Below, piece after piece: positions 1 through 10,808 of a stretch of 64,000 bases of DNA (positions within the stretch are counted from its first letter, which is position 1; every line of letters starts with the position of its first letter). This DNA is from Candidatus Bathyarchaeia archaeon. Lineage in GTDB: Archaea; Thermoproteota; Bathyarchaeia; 40CM-2-53-6. The notes below the pieces were generated by a model, which saw only the letters and a list, made by a program, of their open reading frames with translations, did not search any database and was not told the DNA's origin. The position numbers and the translations under genes are program-made. Where the stretch lies: NCBI GenBank assembly GCA_050013255.1, contig JBEKFP010000001.1, positions 1,056,001 to 1,120,000 of the forward strand, in the 5' to 3' direction.

Positions 1-478
1 AGTACTGAGGCATGTATCCGATCCCAATCGCTAGACCTGTATTAACTATCCCAGGACCGATCATGGCGGCTATCAGGATTGCGATGATCAGAGGTGGTAA
101 GGCGTACAGTGCGTCGAATGCCAGCGACGTTACCCGATCAATTTTCCCGCCGAAGAACCCGGAAAAAGCCCCTGTTACTGACCCAACGCCAACAGATATG
201 ATCACCGAGACGAATGCGACAAGTAGAGAGAAGGTCGTTCCGAAACTTACGCGGGAAAAGATGTCTCGCCCAATTTGGTCTGTGCCCATTACATGTGCAA
301 ATGATGGCGGAGACAGAACTTGATAAGAAGTTGCGAAGGGGTTCAATCCTACTATGTGGGTATAAGCGTCCAAAGCCAAAACGACGACGATTATAACTGT
401 CCCAGCTATGACCATGGATCTCGAGGATTTCGGCCACATCCCAACCCTCGTAAGAAGCAGTTTCAAGAGAGGAGGCAC
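1..478 (-). CDS. dppC: ABC dipeptide/oligopeptide permease DppC/OppC (runs off window start)
   Basis: Not in ORF track. Manual translation from GTG 478: MPPLLKLLLTRVG...LSPPSFAHVMGTDQIGRDIFSRVSFG...GGKIDR, the typical DppC motif. Abuts the dppB stop. Confidence 0.9.
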   Translation of the reverse strand, partial: MPPLLKLLLTRVGMWPKSSRSMVIAGTVIIVVVLALDAYTHIVGLNPFATSYQVLSPPSFAHVMGTDQIGRDIFSRVSFGTTFSLLVAFVSVIISVGVGSVTGAFSGFFGGKIDRVTSLAFDALYALPPLIIAILIAAMIGPGIVNTGLAIGIGYMPQY

Positions 479-1492
479 TTATAGTCTCACTCTTGGGTCG
501 ACCATCGCATAAGAAATGTCCACGATCAAGTTGGCGACGCTAACTACCAACGCGAAGAATATTACGCATCCTTGGATTAGATTGAAGTCACGATAGCCCA
601 CGGCGACAATCAATAACCGGCCCAGTCCGGGCCATGAAAAGACAGTCTCCGTCAGTATTGCACCTTGCAGAAGAACTGCGACTTGCAAACCAGTGTAGGT
701 GAGAATTGGGATCAGCGCATTTGGAAGGGCATGTTTCTGGAAGACTCGTTCATCTGTACAGCCTTTCAGACTCGCAACTTTGATGTAGTCTTCCCCAAGT
801 ACGCCTATGATGTTGGTTCTAGCAATCTGGGTGATTGAGGCTGCCATCGTAGTTCCGAGTGTGAGGACAGGTAGCAATAGATGTAGAAATGCGTCAGCAA
901 GTGCTTGCGGATTGCGTCCCAACACTGCGTCCACAACGTACAAGCCCGTGACATCGGGCACACCGACCATTCTTGAACTAGCTTGACCGGCTATTGGGAA
1001 TGGGAGGCCGTACTGAACCACAAGGATCTGAAGAACGAGGCCGAACCAGAATACCGGCACGCACCATCTGACAAGTGACCCGATTCTGATTGAGGCATCG
1101 ATCTTTCCACCCACATGCTTGGCTGCAACTACGCCGCTGTATATCCCCAACGGGATTGCTAGGAGCATCGACCAAAAAGTCAGTTCGATTGTTGCTGGCA
1201 AAGCAATCGCCAATTCTGTAGTGACCGGATCCAGTCTGACCATAGAATATCCAAAATCACCTCTGAAAAGACCGCCAATATAGCCAAGGTATTGAAGGTA
1301 AAGCGGTTTGTCTAAGCCCAGCTGGTGTCGAAGCGCTTCAATTTGCTGTTCAGAAGCGTTTCTTGAACCGATTACAGCTAGGACAGGATCACCGGGCAGA
1401 ATGCGCATAATGGAAAATACGACTGTAACTAGGATGAGGATCATCGGTATAGTTAGGAGAAGACGAAGGAGGATGAAGGTTCTGAGTCGCAT
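479..1492 (-). CDS. dppB: ABC dipeptide/oligopeptide permease DppB/OppB
   Basis: PGDPV...LGLDKPLYLQY...GDFG and ETVFSWPGLGRLL...DPRVR motifs. Confidence 0.95.
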   Translation of the reverse strand: MRLRTFILLRLLLTIPMILILVTVVFSIMRILPGDPVLAVIGSRNASEQQIEALRHQLGLDKPLYLQYLGYIGGLFRGDFGYSMVRLDPVTTELAIALPATIELTFWSMLLAIPLGIYSGVVAAKHVGGKIDASIRIGSLVRWCVPVFWFGLVLQILVVQYGLPFPIAGQASSRMVGVPDVTGLYVVDAVLGRNPQALADAFLHLLLPVLTLGTTMAASITQIARTNIIGVLGEDYIKVASLKGCTDERVFQKHALPNALIPILTYTGLQVAVLLQGAILTETVFSWPGLGRLLIVAVGYRDFNLIQGCVIFFALVVSVANLIVDISYAMVDPRVRL

Positions 1493-1545
1493 CCATCTTA
1501 CCCACGATGGCTAACTGCAATCTTTCGCTAATTAACAAGTTTTTC

Positions 1546-1566
1546 AAAAATAAAAAAATTGGGGGG
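1546..1566 (-). terminator. Probable oligo-T terminator between dppA and dppB
   Basis: Minus strand reads CCCCCCAATTTTTTTATTTTT just after the dppA stop. Confidence 0.5.
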
Positions 1567-1589
1567 ATTTGCGGATCGTTATTTGGGTG

Positions 1590-3311
1590 TTAAGATGCGG
1601 TACTTTTAACGTTTCCAGTCGAGGTTAACACATTGGCGTACTGCTTGAAGGTGGGGGGACTGAGAGTAACTGTAATGCCGACCACCTGGAGTTCGGACGA
1701 TATGATTTGTGAAGTTTGCCCAGTGGCCTGGAGTGTCCACCATGGAGAGTACTGGAAGTAGTAGGATAGGACACCCGTGACAGATGCTACTCTATAGAAC
1801 CAGTAATTGGCTTGGTGCACAAGAGGCACGTAGACAGCTAGGCCCGCGAGTCGATCTTGTAGGTCGCCGTATATTTTAGCTCGCTGGGCGGGATCGGATG
1901 TGGAAACGCCTTGTTGGACGAGCGTATCTAGTGTCGTGTCGTTGAGGCGAACTCGTTTCGAGTACGACCCGGTTGATGAGGCTATGAATGAAGCTACATT
2001 GTCTGCATCCGGATAGTCTGGCGACATTATGCCTATCGCCATCTCGTAGTTTCCTGCTCTGAAATTCTTGACGAATGATGCTTGTTCGACTGCGTTGAGC
2101 GTAACTCGTATTCCTGCTTTTGCAAGTTGCGCCTGCAGTAAGGCGGCTACGTCAGGAATCTCTTTACCGTAGATTATTGGAGTGAAATAGAGGTTTACGT
2201 CTATTCCGTTAGGATGACCCGCAGCAGTCAACAACTCTTTGGCTTTTGCTATGTTTGTTGGTTTATATTGATCCCAGGATGGTTTCGGATAGAATCCCGG
2301 CAGAAATGGAGTGTCCTGCGAGGGAGGATAGAGGCCGTGATACGCTAGATCGGAGATCTCTTTCTGATCGACGCTGAATTCGATTGCTTTTCGGACGTTT
2401 ACGTCTTCCAGAGGAGATCCGGGGATGCCATCGTTTAGAGTCATCCAGACGTGGTAACCTTCCGCTGCATTAGCATACTTCAAGTTCGGGTCTGCCAGCA
2501 AGCTCTGATAATCCGTCGTGGCAATGTAGTCCCATGCAATGTCAATGTCGCCCTTCTGAAGTGCCAGTTTCATCGCGGCTGAATCTGTGTAGATCTTGTA
2601 AACCAACTTTATTTGGGGTACTCGGCTTTGATTCCAGTAGTCCTCAAATGGCGCTAGAGTGACGTGATCACCTTTCACCCACTCCACATACTTGAAGGGG
2701 CCTGTCCCAACAGCCAGTGCGCCAAACTTCTCGTTGCCCATACTTTGCACAGCTGAAGGACTGACAGGACCGGCGACGGGCATTGTCAGCGCTCCTTCCA
2801 GTGCGGCATTTGGATAATTGAGATTGAATCGGACCGTGTACATATCCACGACATCAACTGAAGCTACGCTGGAAAGTAACCATGCTGAATACGATTGCAC
2901 GGTCGATAATCTGTCGAACGAGAATTTCACCGCCGTTGCATTGAATGGAGTGCCATCTTGGAATTTCACGTTCTGTCTCAAAGGAATTGTCCAATGCAAT
3001 CCATCCGCGCTGACCACCGGGGGACCTGCTGCAAGCCGAGGCTGCAATACCACATCTGGATAAATACCAGGCGGGACCTCATAGAGGGGATCAAACACGA
3101 TGTTGTTCAAGTTCAAGACACCAACTTGGTAGTCTACGCCGGGATCAAGATTTACAGCTACATCGAGTGTTGTCCCTAGGACAATGGTTGGATATTGTTT
3201 CGGCGTGGTGGTAGTAGTGCTCGGAAGGAAATAGTTGTAACCAAAAGATGCGCCAATGATTGCTATGACGACAATAGCAGCGATAATGACGTAAGTTCTT
3301 TTCATTTTCAT
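1590..3311 (-). CDS. dppA: Family 5 peptide ABC substrate-binding protein, N-terminal anchor and Thr-rich linker
   Basis: LRQNVKFQDGTPFNATAVKFSFDR, GTGPFK, VRKAI motifs; hydrophobic N-terminus then PSTTTTTP. Confidence 0.95.
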   Translation of the reverse strand: MKMKRTYVIIAAIVVIAIIGASFGYNYFLPSTTTTTPKQYPTIVLGTTLDVAVNLDPGVDYQVGVLNLNNIVFDPLYEVPPGIYPDVVLQPRLAAGPPVVSADGLHWTIPLRQNVKFQDGTPFNATAVKFSFDRLSTVQSYSAWLLSSVASVDVVDMYTVRFNLNYPNAALEGALTMPVAGPVSPSAVQSMGNEKFGALAVGTGPFKYVEWVKGDHVTLAPFEDYWNQSRVPQIKLVYKIYTDSAAMKLALQKGDIDIAWDYIATTDYQSLLADPNLKYANAAEGYHVWMTLNDGIPGSPLEDVNVRKAIEFSVDQKEISDLAYHGLYPPSQDTPFLPGFYPKPSWDQYKPTNIAKAKELLTAAGHPNGIDVNLYFTPIIYGKEIPDVAALLQAQLAKAGIRVTLNAVEQASFVKNFRAGNYEMAIGIMSPDYPDADNVASFIASSTGSYSKRVRLNDTTLDTLVQQGVSTSDPAQRAKIYGDLQDRLAGLAVYVPLVHQANYWFYRVASVTGVLSYYFQYSPWWTLQATGQTSQIISSELQVVGITVTLSPPTFKQYANVLTSTGNVKSTAS

Positions 3312-3532
3312 CGGCGTAAGGAGACTTAGTTGTGTATTTAAGGTTGAGTATGGAAGAATATGGACGGGTTAATATGTGAATATTTTAAACTTACTACTCT
3401 TACTCAGTCCTCTAGCGTCGCGATTATCTCTGCAAGTTGACCTCAGTTGTCATCGTACCTTGCAGTTGGCTCGACTAAATCGATAACTTCCTTCACTTCT
3501 TGCTGATGCAAGTGTATGTCGATGAATCGCGA

Positions 3533-4606
3533 TCAGTTGCCCCACACTTTCTCGAAAACCCTTAGGAAGTTAGCTCCTAAGATCTTCTTAACGTTCTGCT
3601 CAGAGTACCCTGCTCCCAGTAGCGCGTCGGTAATGACTGGCATCTTAGACATGCTGGTCAACCAAGGCATGTAGAGTTCTCCGAATGATAGTTTCTCGCG
3701 TCCTGATTTTATGAACTCATCCTCCACTTCCTCAACAAACTTCGATGTTATACCTGGCAGCATTCGTCTTTCCTCGAGAATCATGTCAGCGGTTCGATAA
3801 TGTCGTTCAGCGAGATCAAGTCCGATTCCCACGTGGTCAACGCCCACAAGATCCGCCACGTAGTCTATGTGTTTAATGTAGTCACTCACTCCAAGCTGAT
3901 CAGATCTCTTTGAGTCAGACACGAACATCGAGAGAGGAGTAAGTCCGATTACTCCGCCTTTTTCAGCGCACGTCTGTATCTGTTCATCTGCGATGTTACG
4001 CACGTGGTTACAAAGGGCTTTGGGGTTAGAGTGATCGAATACAACGGAGTGCTTGGAGATTTCCATGACTTCCATGCTCGTCTTGTACCCGACATGCGAA
4101 AGAGAGATGACCATACCCAGTTTATTCATCGATTCAACCCAATCTACTCCGAGACGGCTCAATCCGTCATCGTTTCTTTCACCGCATCCGCTTCCGAACT
4201 GGTTCCGCCGTTGGTAGGTTGGTTGCATCGTTCTCATTCCAAGTCTCTGGAAAAAGTCCAAGCTGCTGAGATCTAGGCCTAAGAACCCTGCGCCTTGAGA
4301 ACCAAGAATCACTGCGATTGCACCCTCCTGCTTTGCCTTTCGAAGTTCTTGTACGGTTCTAACCAAACGCATCTTTGATGGTTCCAAAGACCTAAGGCGG
4401 TGGAACCATCCTGCAAGCTCACTAACAACCTGTGACACACTCAAACATTCGACATCAGGGATAGTCACTTTGATTGCGCCAACTCCACCCGCCTTCAAGG
4501 ACCGCCAATACTCCTCATCAAATTCCTTAGGGTAGCAAGCGTTCAAACAATCTACGACAACGGCTTCATCGTGAAGTTTCAAAGCCAACTTGCTCATTAT
4601 ACTCAC
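3533..4606 (-). CDS. Membrane dipeptidase (M19) family amidohydrolase
   Basis: GLSRLG..VESMNKLG..SH, HSN, RNI.DEQI, GVDHVGIG.D, KILGAN motifs. Confidence 0.85.
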   Translation of the reverse strand: MSIMSKLALKLHDEAVVVDCLNACYPKEFDEEYWRSLKAGGVGAIKVTIPDVECLSVSQVVSELAGWFHRLRSLEPSKMRLVRTVQELRKAKQEGAIAVILGSQGAGFLGLDLSSLDFFQRLGMRTMQPTYQRRNQFGSGCGERNDDGLSRLGVDWVESMNKLGMVISLSHVGYKTSMEVMEISKHSVVFDHSNPKALCNHVRNIADEQIQTCAEKGGVIGLTPLSMFVSDSKRSDQLGVSDYIKHIDYVADLVGVDHVGIGLDLAERHYRTADMILEERRMLPGITSKFVEEVEDEFIKSGREKLSFGELYMPWLTSMSKMPVITDALLGAGYSEQNVKKILGANFLRVFEKVWGN

Positions 4607-4725
4607 TTACATAATCGCGTTGGCCGTCGGACTCATCTGGCTTTTCTGGGATACCTTCCAATTCTCACATTGGACATTAGTTAGAAGCGTTAAAATCGGA
4701 TGGAAGGCGGTTGCACCAGAGTTCG

Positions 4726-5202
4726 ATGAACATGACCGAGATTGAGAGAAAACTGAAACAATTGGGATACGATCTCCCAAAAGTCCCAATGGACATGAAA
4801 TTCTGGGCGCGCTGCAGCAGAGTGGGAAAACTTGTATTCATGGGAACAACTGGTCCTTGGCCTATTCTGAACAAGACCGTGGATGGTAAGCTTCGAGGAG
4901 TTATCGGAAAAGATGTCACGGTGGAAGAGGCCAAGCATACGTGTAGATTGGCGGCTCTAAGCATCCTCTCCGGATTGAAAAACGAATTTGGAGATCTCGA
5001 CAAGATTGACAGGATCGTCAAATTGGAGGTATATCTGAGCGGAATGGGTGGATCGCCAGATCCATACGTAGAAGTTGCGGATGCGGCTTCTGAACTCTTC
5101 ATACAACTCTATGGGGACAACGGCAGAGCGACGCGGACGATGACGCCTAACATAAGCGATTACATCGCCGAAATCGACATAGTAGCGTCCCTAAAGGACT
5201 AG
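4726..5202 (+). CDS. Rid (YjgF/YER057c/UK114) family protein, Atu1372-like
   Basis: IERKLKQLGYDLP, G.IGKDVTVEEA, GDLDKI.RIVKL, ASEL..LYG..GR..R; start moved to ATG 4726. Confidence 0.85.
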   Translation: MNMTEIERKLKQLGYDLPKVPMDMKFWARCSRVGKLVFMGTTGPWPILNKTVDGKLRGVIGKDVTVEEAKHTCRLAALSILSGLKNEFGDLDKIDRIVKLEVYLSGMGGSPDPYVEVADAASELFIQLYGDNGRATRTMTPNISDYIAEIDIVASLKD

Positions 5203-5464
5203 CTGCTGTTCATCACCAAGAAACTGAGTAACAAAGTCAGAATGAACCGCGCGCTCTAACAATCATAGCCGATAAATTCTCTTGCTCGTGCGATTAGTCC
5301 ATTACTCATCGGAACAGTGAGCCTCGATTATAGAATAGTGTATCTCTTTACTGGGAGCGAGGTAAAGCAACCCGAAGCGCTGACGTACCTCGTAACCTTG
5401 CTCTCAAATGCTGTCTTGCAAAGAACTCCAAGACGCTTTAGTGAACGTATGTGCCAAGAACCAT

Positions 5465-6895
5465 CTAGTTCGCTTCGAATTGTTTGAAGGGAGGTTTGAG
5501 ACCCGGCGGTAATGGAGACTTGTATTCTCTTCCCTTTTTCCTTCTGTTCAACTCATCCCATGCCTTTTTGATGATTTCTGGTTCGGTGAGTAGGTCGATG
5601 GCTGAGGCCGCCATGCTCTTAGCAGCGAAGACTAGGTTCTTGTGGCCTATGCTCATCCCGGCTATGGCTACGTTAAACCAGGAATGCCCAGGAGCCCCAA
5701 TGATTCTACTGCCGGTGTTCAATTCCACCGAAGGTACGTTCCAACTTATGTCAGCCTCATCCGTTGAGCCACCCTCCACTTCTCCTTCACCCCAAGGATC
5801 TACGATCCTGTTGTCGAGATGCACATCCGCCGGTAGGTCGTCGTGGCCTGGCACACGATAACCCCAAGTTCTTCTCGCCTCAGATGAGATTTCTTTTGCG
5901 ATCTCGCGTGCGAATTCAAGATCGCTCTTAGTGTAAGTTGGCGGACCGACTATTCTCATGTTATTGACTATTAGTTCTGCGATAGTTCGGTTCGGCAGTA
6001 CATTGTAGGTTCCACTTTGCAAGTTCATCTCGCACTCCGTCTTTGTCATCTTCCCCGCGCCTTCGGCGATTTTCAGAACCCAATCATATATCTCCTCAAC
6101 CGTCTCGCGCTCAGGAGCCCTGATGTAGTACCAACTGCTTGCCAGGGCTGGAACAACGTTGGGCTGATCGCCTCCTCTCTGGATTACGTAGTGGATTCGA
6201 GCTTCGGGAACAATATGTTCGCGCATGAAGTTTACCCCAACATTCATCAACTCGACGGCGTCGAGGGCACTCCGTCCCTGCCAGGGGGTACTCCCAGCGT
6301 GAGCCGCAGTACCGTGAAAAACAAATTTGACAGAGATCATAGCGTTTGTGCTTTTTAGTGGGACGGAATTAACGGCGCCAATATGATGCCCCATGACAGC
6401 GCTCACATCTTTGAAGCACCCGTCACGAACCATGAACACTTTACCAATAAGAGTCTCCTCCGCAGGGGTTCCGAAGAACTTCACTGTTCCCTTGATCTTT
6501 CCCTTCTCCATTGCTATCTTCGTGGCTATTGCAGCTCCCATGCCGGAAGAACCGTAGAGATTATGGCCACATCCGTGTCCTGGCGCTTCCTTTTTCAAAG
6601 GCTCCCTATGGGGCACGGCTTTCTGTGATAGCCCCGGCAAGGCGTCGAATTCACCGAGGATACCAATGATGGGGCCGCCAGTACCAAAGGTGGCTACTAA
6701 GGCTGTGGGCATTCCCGCTACGTTCCGCTCAACTTTGAACCCATGCTTCTCAAGAGTGTCCGCAAGTAGTTTCGATGATTTGAACTCCTGCAGTCCAACT
6801 TCAGCGTACTCCCAGATCTGATCACTCACATCAGTCAGGAGAGATTCGTTTTCCGCAACCCAACCTATTGCAGTCTCTTTCAAGGATTTGGACAA
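5465..6895 (-). CDS. M20 amidohydrolase, AbgB (p-aminobenzoyl-glutamate hydrolase B)-like
   Basis: EFDALPGLSQ, GHGCGHN, GTPAEE, GRSALDAVELM, GGSTD, PGHSW. Confidence 0.9.
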   Translation of the reverse strand: MSKSLKETAIGWVAENESLLTDVSDQIWEYAEVGLQEFKSSKLLADTLEKHGFKVERNVAGMPTALVATFGTGGPIIGILGEFDALPGLSQKAVPHREPLKKEAPGHGCGHNLYGSSGMGAAIATKIAMEKGKIKGTVKFFGTPAEETLIGKVFMVRDGCFKDVSAVMGHHIGAVNSVPLKSTNAMISVKFVFHGTAAHAGSTPWQGRSALDAVELMNVGVNFMREHIVPEARIHYVIQRGGDQPNVVPALASSWYYIRAPERETVEEIYDWVLKIAEGAGKMTKTECEMNLQSGTYNVLPNRTIAELIVNNMRIVGPPTYTKSDLEFAREIAKEISSEARRTWGYRVPGHDDLPADVHLDNRIVDPWGEGEVEGGSTDEADISWNVPSVELNTGSRIIGAPGHSWFNVAIAGMSIGHKNLVFAAKSMAASAIDLLTEPEIIKKAWDELNRRKKGREYKSPLPPGLKPPFKQFEAN

Positions 6896-7266
6896 GGTCT
6901 CACTACATAGAAGAACTTGAGGAAGACGCGAGTTAGTTTCCTTTTATCCCTACCTATCGGTAGCCGCCAACGAATTCTAACCAGAACTAGATCGGTCTGG
7001 CGTATCTACGACCTTAATTGTTCAGACTTGGGTGAACATCTTCGATTTGGAATGTCGGTTGACTCCAATATATCCTTCTAATATACAGAATGATCGATTG
7101 CTTGTCTGCTGGTACATCTCGTCAGCGTGGCACATCAATACATATCAATGCTCACAATTCCTAGTAGTCTTCAGCTGCAATGGTCGAAATTCTCCAACCC
7201 CGCGTGGAACGGAAGCATTAATCAATCAAGAAGAAATCGTAACATACGTCGAAGAAGTAGAAGAGT

Positions 7267-8508
7267 TTGACAGCGTTAATAGACGACAGATTATTCAAAC
7301 TAGTTGTGAACCAAATAGAACCGAATAAACTAACTGAAACCGCCCAAGATCTGATATGCATACGCAGCGAGAATCCACCTGGGTCGTATCGAGAGATTGC
7401 AAATTATTTGTCGAAGAAATGGACAAACATAGGACTAAAGACGCGGTTAATCGAAGTTTCACACAACAAACTGAAAGAATTCAAGTTGGAGACACCGAGG
7501 ATAAATCTTGTCGGAACAATAGGAACCGGCAAAGAATCTGCTCTGATTCTGGACGGGCACACCGACACTGTTCCCGTTGGTGAAGGGTGGTCTGTCGATC
7601 CCCTGAAGGGCATCCTCAAAGATTCTCGAATCTATGGACGTGGCGCTTCAGATATGAAGGGTGGCCTAGCGGTGATGACGTCCGTAGCCGAAGCGCTGAT
7701 CCACTCCGATGTTGAACTGAAGGAGAATCTAATTCTAACCGCCACCGTTGACGATGAAATAGCTGGATCACTAGGAATGAAGTATCTACTGGAGAACCAT
7801 TTAGTCAAGGGCCGATGTGCCGTATGCTGCGAAGGCACCTCATCAAGTGAGAACGAAGTTGACATTAACTCGTGTTTCGGGGGACGATTGTGGCTTCGAG
7901 TTACTACAAAGGGGAAATCAGCTCATGGCGCTAAACCAAGCGAAGGCATCAACGCCATCGAAAAAATGTTTCATCTGTACCAGGAACTCCAGAAGATACG
8001 TCTGCCACACCATAAGGTTTACGGGCCTAGCACCATGAATCTTGGTACCATATCAGGAGGAACGAGACCAAACATTGTGCCTGACTCATGTTCTGCAACC
8101 CTCGATATCAGGTTTGGGCCGTCAACCTCTACGCAGGAGGTAATGACGAAACTGAAAGAAACCGCCACGAGCATTAGCCAGTATGATAGTGAATTCACGA
8201 TCAATGATGTTGAGGTAATTGAAAGTCGCGAAGCTTTCGAAATTCCGGCAGATACCAAATTGGTTACTAGCTTAGCAAAGGCGATCAGAATGGTAACGGG
8301 AACCCCAACTAAGTTGACTCATGCCATCGGTTCAGGAAACGCTTATCATCTTTGGCAAACTGGCATTCCCGCAGTGTTCTGCGGACCAGGAAACCCAGCC
8401 AATTTCCACACTGCGAACGAATTTGTTACCCTGCAATCCCTGTTGAATTGCACAAAGATACTCTCCCATTTGGCCTTGCAACTCTGCGCAAGAACAAACG
8501 AAACCTGA
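7267..8508 (+). CDS. M20 ArgE/DapE family deacylase
   Basis: DGHTDTVP, YGRGASDMKGG, GKSAHG, NIVPD, HTANE. Confidence 0.9.
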   Translation: MTALIDDRLFKLVVNQIEPNKLTETAQDLICIRSENPPGSYREIANYLSKKWTNIGLKTRLIEVSHNKLKEFKLETPRINLVGTIGTGKESALILDGHTDTVPVGEGWSVDPLKGILKDSRIYGRGASDMKGGLAVMTSVAEALIHSDVELKENLILTATVDDEIAGSLGMKYLLENHLVKGRCAVCCEGTSSSENEVDINSCFGGRLWLRVTTKGKSAHGAKPSEGINAIEKMFHLYQELQKIRLPHHKVYGPSTMNLGTISGGTRPNIVPDSCSATLDIRFGPSTSTQEVMTKLKETATSISQYDSEFTINDVEVIESREAFEIPADTKLVTSLAKAIRMVTGTPTKLTHAIGSGNAYHLWQTGIPAVFCGPGNPANFHTANEFVTLQSLLNCTKILSHLALQLCARTNET

Positions 8509-8620
8509 TAAGTCGAGTGCAACGAGCGAAACGCGCATTACCTCTTCAGAGAAAACTCGCAGCTCTTTCAAAGCCCACGAACTGGCAAAGAGCTGAGCAG
8601 TCCGACATTGGAGTCAGATA

Positions 8621-9334
8621 TTAGGGAATGTTCGACTTGCCACGAGCAATCTGAATCGCACGAGTCGCCAGTATTTGAGTCGCATCGATGATCGGAACTG
8701 GCAGATCGCCAGTCTTGAGGATGAGTGGGAGTTCTGTACACCCCGCAATGACTGCCTCGGCGCCCATCTTCACCAGCTTTTGTCCTATCTCAATGACATT
8801 AGTCGAGGATTTGGATAGATCGCCTCCTTTCACTGAGTAAATTGCTTGCATAAGTGTTGGTTGGTCGCCATCTGTTGGCAAGACCGTCTTGATCGCCAAG
8901 TTGCGAAATTGCTTCTGATAGAGGCCGGACCGCGCAGTGCCTGTTGCCGCCATAATACCGACCGTTCTTAGGGACGGATACAATCTAACGGTTTCTTTTG
9001 CTGTCTCCTCAATCATGTCAACTATGGGTACCGCTACAGCTTTCCTAATCTCTTCAATCCAATAGTGAGCGGTGTTACAAGGCATCACGATGAAATCCGC
9101 CCCAGCAGCCACAAGATTCTGTGCAGTTACAATGAGCATCCGCGCAGGTGAAGGCCCATTTTCTAGAATGGCCTTCTGCCGATCCGGTACTCTGGGATTA
9201 TTGTCAATTATCAGGTGGAGATGATCCTGATCTCTTGATACTGGAGTCGAGCGTACGATTTTCGAGAAAAGATCGATTGTAGCTTCCGGTCCCATCCCGC
9301 CCAAAATGCCAACGATCATTTCTTGACCCGTCAA
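8621..9334 (-). CDS. Aspartate/glutamate racemase family amino-acid racemase
   Basis: GILGGMGPEAT, PCNTAH and GCTE (both catalytic Cys). Confidence 0.92.
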   Translation of the reverse strand: MTGQEMIVGILGGMGPEATIDLFSKIVRSTPVSRDQDHLHLIIDNNPRVPDRQKAILENGPSPARMLIVTAQNLVAAGADFIVMPCNTAHYWIEEIRKAVAVPIVDMIEETAKETVRLYPSLRTVGIMAATGTARSGLYQKQFRNLAIKTVLPTDGDQPTLMQAIYSVKGGDLSKSSTNVIEIGQKLVKMGAEAVIAGCTELPLILKTGDLPVPIIDATQILATRAIQIARGKSNIP

Positions 9335-9416
9335 ACAAGTCGCCCTGCCCGAGGCATTTCCAAAATAATACTCCCCTCCAGTCCCCTACTTTCGTTTCGA
9401 TGTAAATCGCAAAATG

Positions 9417-10634
9417 TCAGGAACCTCTTGATCTTTGAAACGCGGGCATGATTTCCTGAATTCGTTCAAGAGCCGTCTTCAGCTTTTCTCTGGCTGTTGC
9501 AAACGACAGTCTGATGAACCTTTCATTGCGGATTCCAAAGGCATCTCCTGGTACAACTGCCACCTTAGCTTTGCTTAATAACTCACTCGCGAGTCCCTGG
9601 GATTTCAACGCAAACACTGAGACATTGGGAAACGCGTAGAATGTTCCCTTAGGCGGGTAACATGATATGCCGTCGATTTTTCTTAGTTCTCTCATCACCA
9701 TATCCCGTCGCAGTTGGTACTCAGATACCATTTCTTTAATGGACTTGTCCGTTCTCTCATCGCGTAATGCCAATGCCGCGGCGCGTTGGGCAAAAGTGCA
9801 TGCACTCGTAACTAAATGACTGTGAATTGCAACAACACGTGCCGCGATGCTTTTCGAGGTTATCAAATAGCCGAGTCGCCATCCCGTCATGGCTGTAGCC
9901 TTTGAGAATCCATTGACAACGATGGAAAAGTCCTTCATGCCTGCAAATGACGCTATACTGTAGTGTCTTTCTCCGTCGAAGAGTATCTTTTCATAAAGCT
10001 CGTCTGAAAGAACTAGGAAATGCTTGTGCTTTGCTAAGTCAGCCAATGCATCTAGGTCAGATCTAGCGGCAACGCTTCCTGTCGGATTGTTTGGAGAATT
10101 GAGGATCAGCATCTTTGTTCGCGCAGTGAGAATTTTCTCAACCTGAGAGGCTGAAATTCGAAAGCCTTCAGACTCTTCTAAGGGAAGGTAGACTGGGTGA
10201 CCGCCACAGAGTTCAATGCATGGGACGTAGCTTACCCAATAGGGGTCTGGAACAATCACCTCATCGCCCGGATTGACGGTTGCCATCATTGCACTGTAGA
10301 CGGCCTCCTTTCCACCAACGGTTACAACAATCTCGCTTTTCGGACTAGCCTCAATGCCGTTATCTCGCTTTACCTTCTCTGCGATTGTTTCCCTCAACTC
10401 CATAAGACCTGAAGTGTCCGAATAGAAGGTGTATCCCTCGTCAAGTGCCTGCTTTGCGTACGCTCGTATGTGTTCCGGGGTGACAAAGTCGGGTTCACCG
10501 GCCGAGAGATCTATCACATCTTCTCCGGCGCGCTGCAATTTCCTGACTTGATCCATAATTCCTAGGGTTGCCGAAGATTTGACTTTGGCTCTTTCAGCGA
10601 TAAAGTCCATACCCACCGATTCACTATGCGTCAT
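9417..10634 (-). CDS. PLP aminotransferase class I/II (AspAT-like)
   Basis: GEPDF, NSPNNPTG, SDELY, NGFSK..MTGWRLG. Confidence 0.93.
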   Translation of the reverse strand: MTHSESVGMDFIAERAKVKSSATLGIMDQVRKLQRAGEDVIDLSAGEPDFVTPEHIRAYAKQALDEGYTFYSDTSGLMELRETIAEKVKRDNGIEASPKSEIVVTVGGKEAVYSAMMATVNPGDEVIVPDPYWVSYVPCIELCGGHPVYLPLEESEGFRISASQVEKILTARTKMLILNSPNNPTGSVAARSDLDALADLAKHKHFLVLSDELYEKILFDGERHYSIASFAGMKDFSIVVNGFSKATAMTGWRLGYLITSKSIAARVVAIHSHLVTSACTFAQRAAALALRDERTDKSIKEMVSEYQLRRDMVMRELRKIDGISCYPPKGTFYAFPNVSVFALKSQGLASELLSKAKVAVVPGDAFGIRNERFIRLSFATAREKLKTALERIQEIMPAFQRSRGS

Positions 10635-10808
10635 CTTAAGCCTTCCACGCAGACCTGTCTGGTCTGTACTGAACCTCTGAAATCGTGAGCGAAACTTGTC
10701 ATCGAAAGGACGCGCTCAAGCCATTCGAAAGCCAGATCCTTGTCACCGAGCGCGGTGTACACCTGCGCGCCTTCTCGACGTAGGTGTCATCTCAAGCAAA
10801 AAATAGGG

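Noticed and set aside
138-437. Track ORFs 138-437(-), 12-323(+) and 214-396(+)
   Set aside because: Shadow frames of dppC, which is in another minus frame starting at 478.
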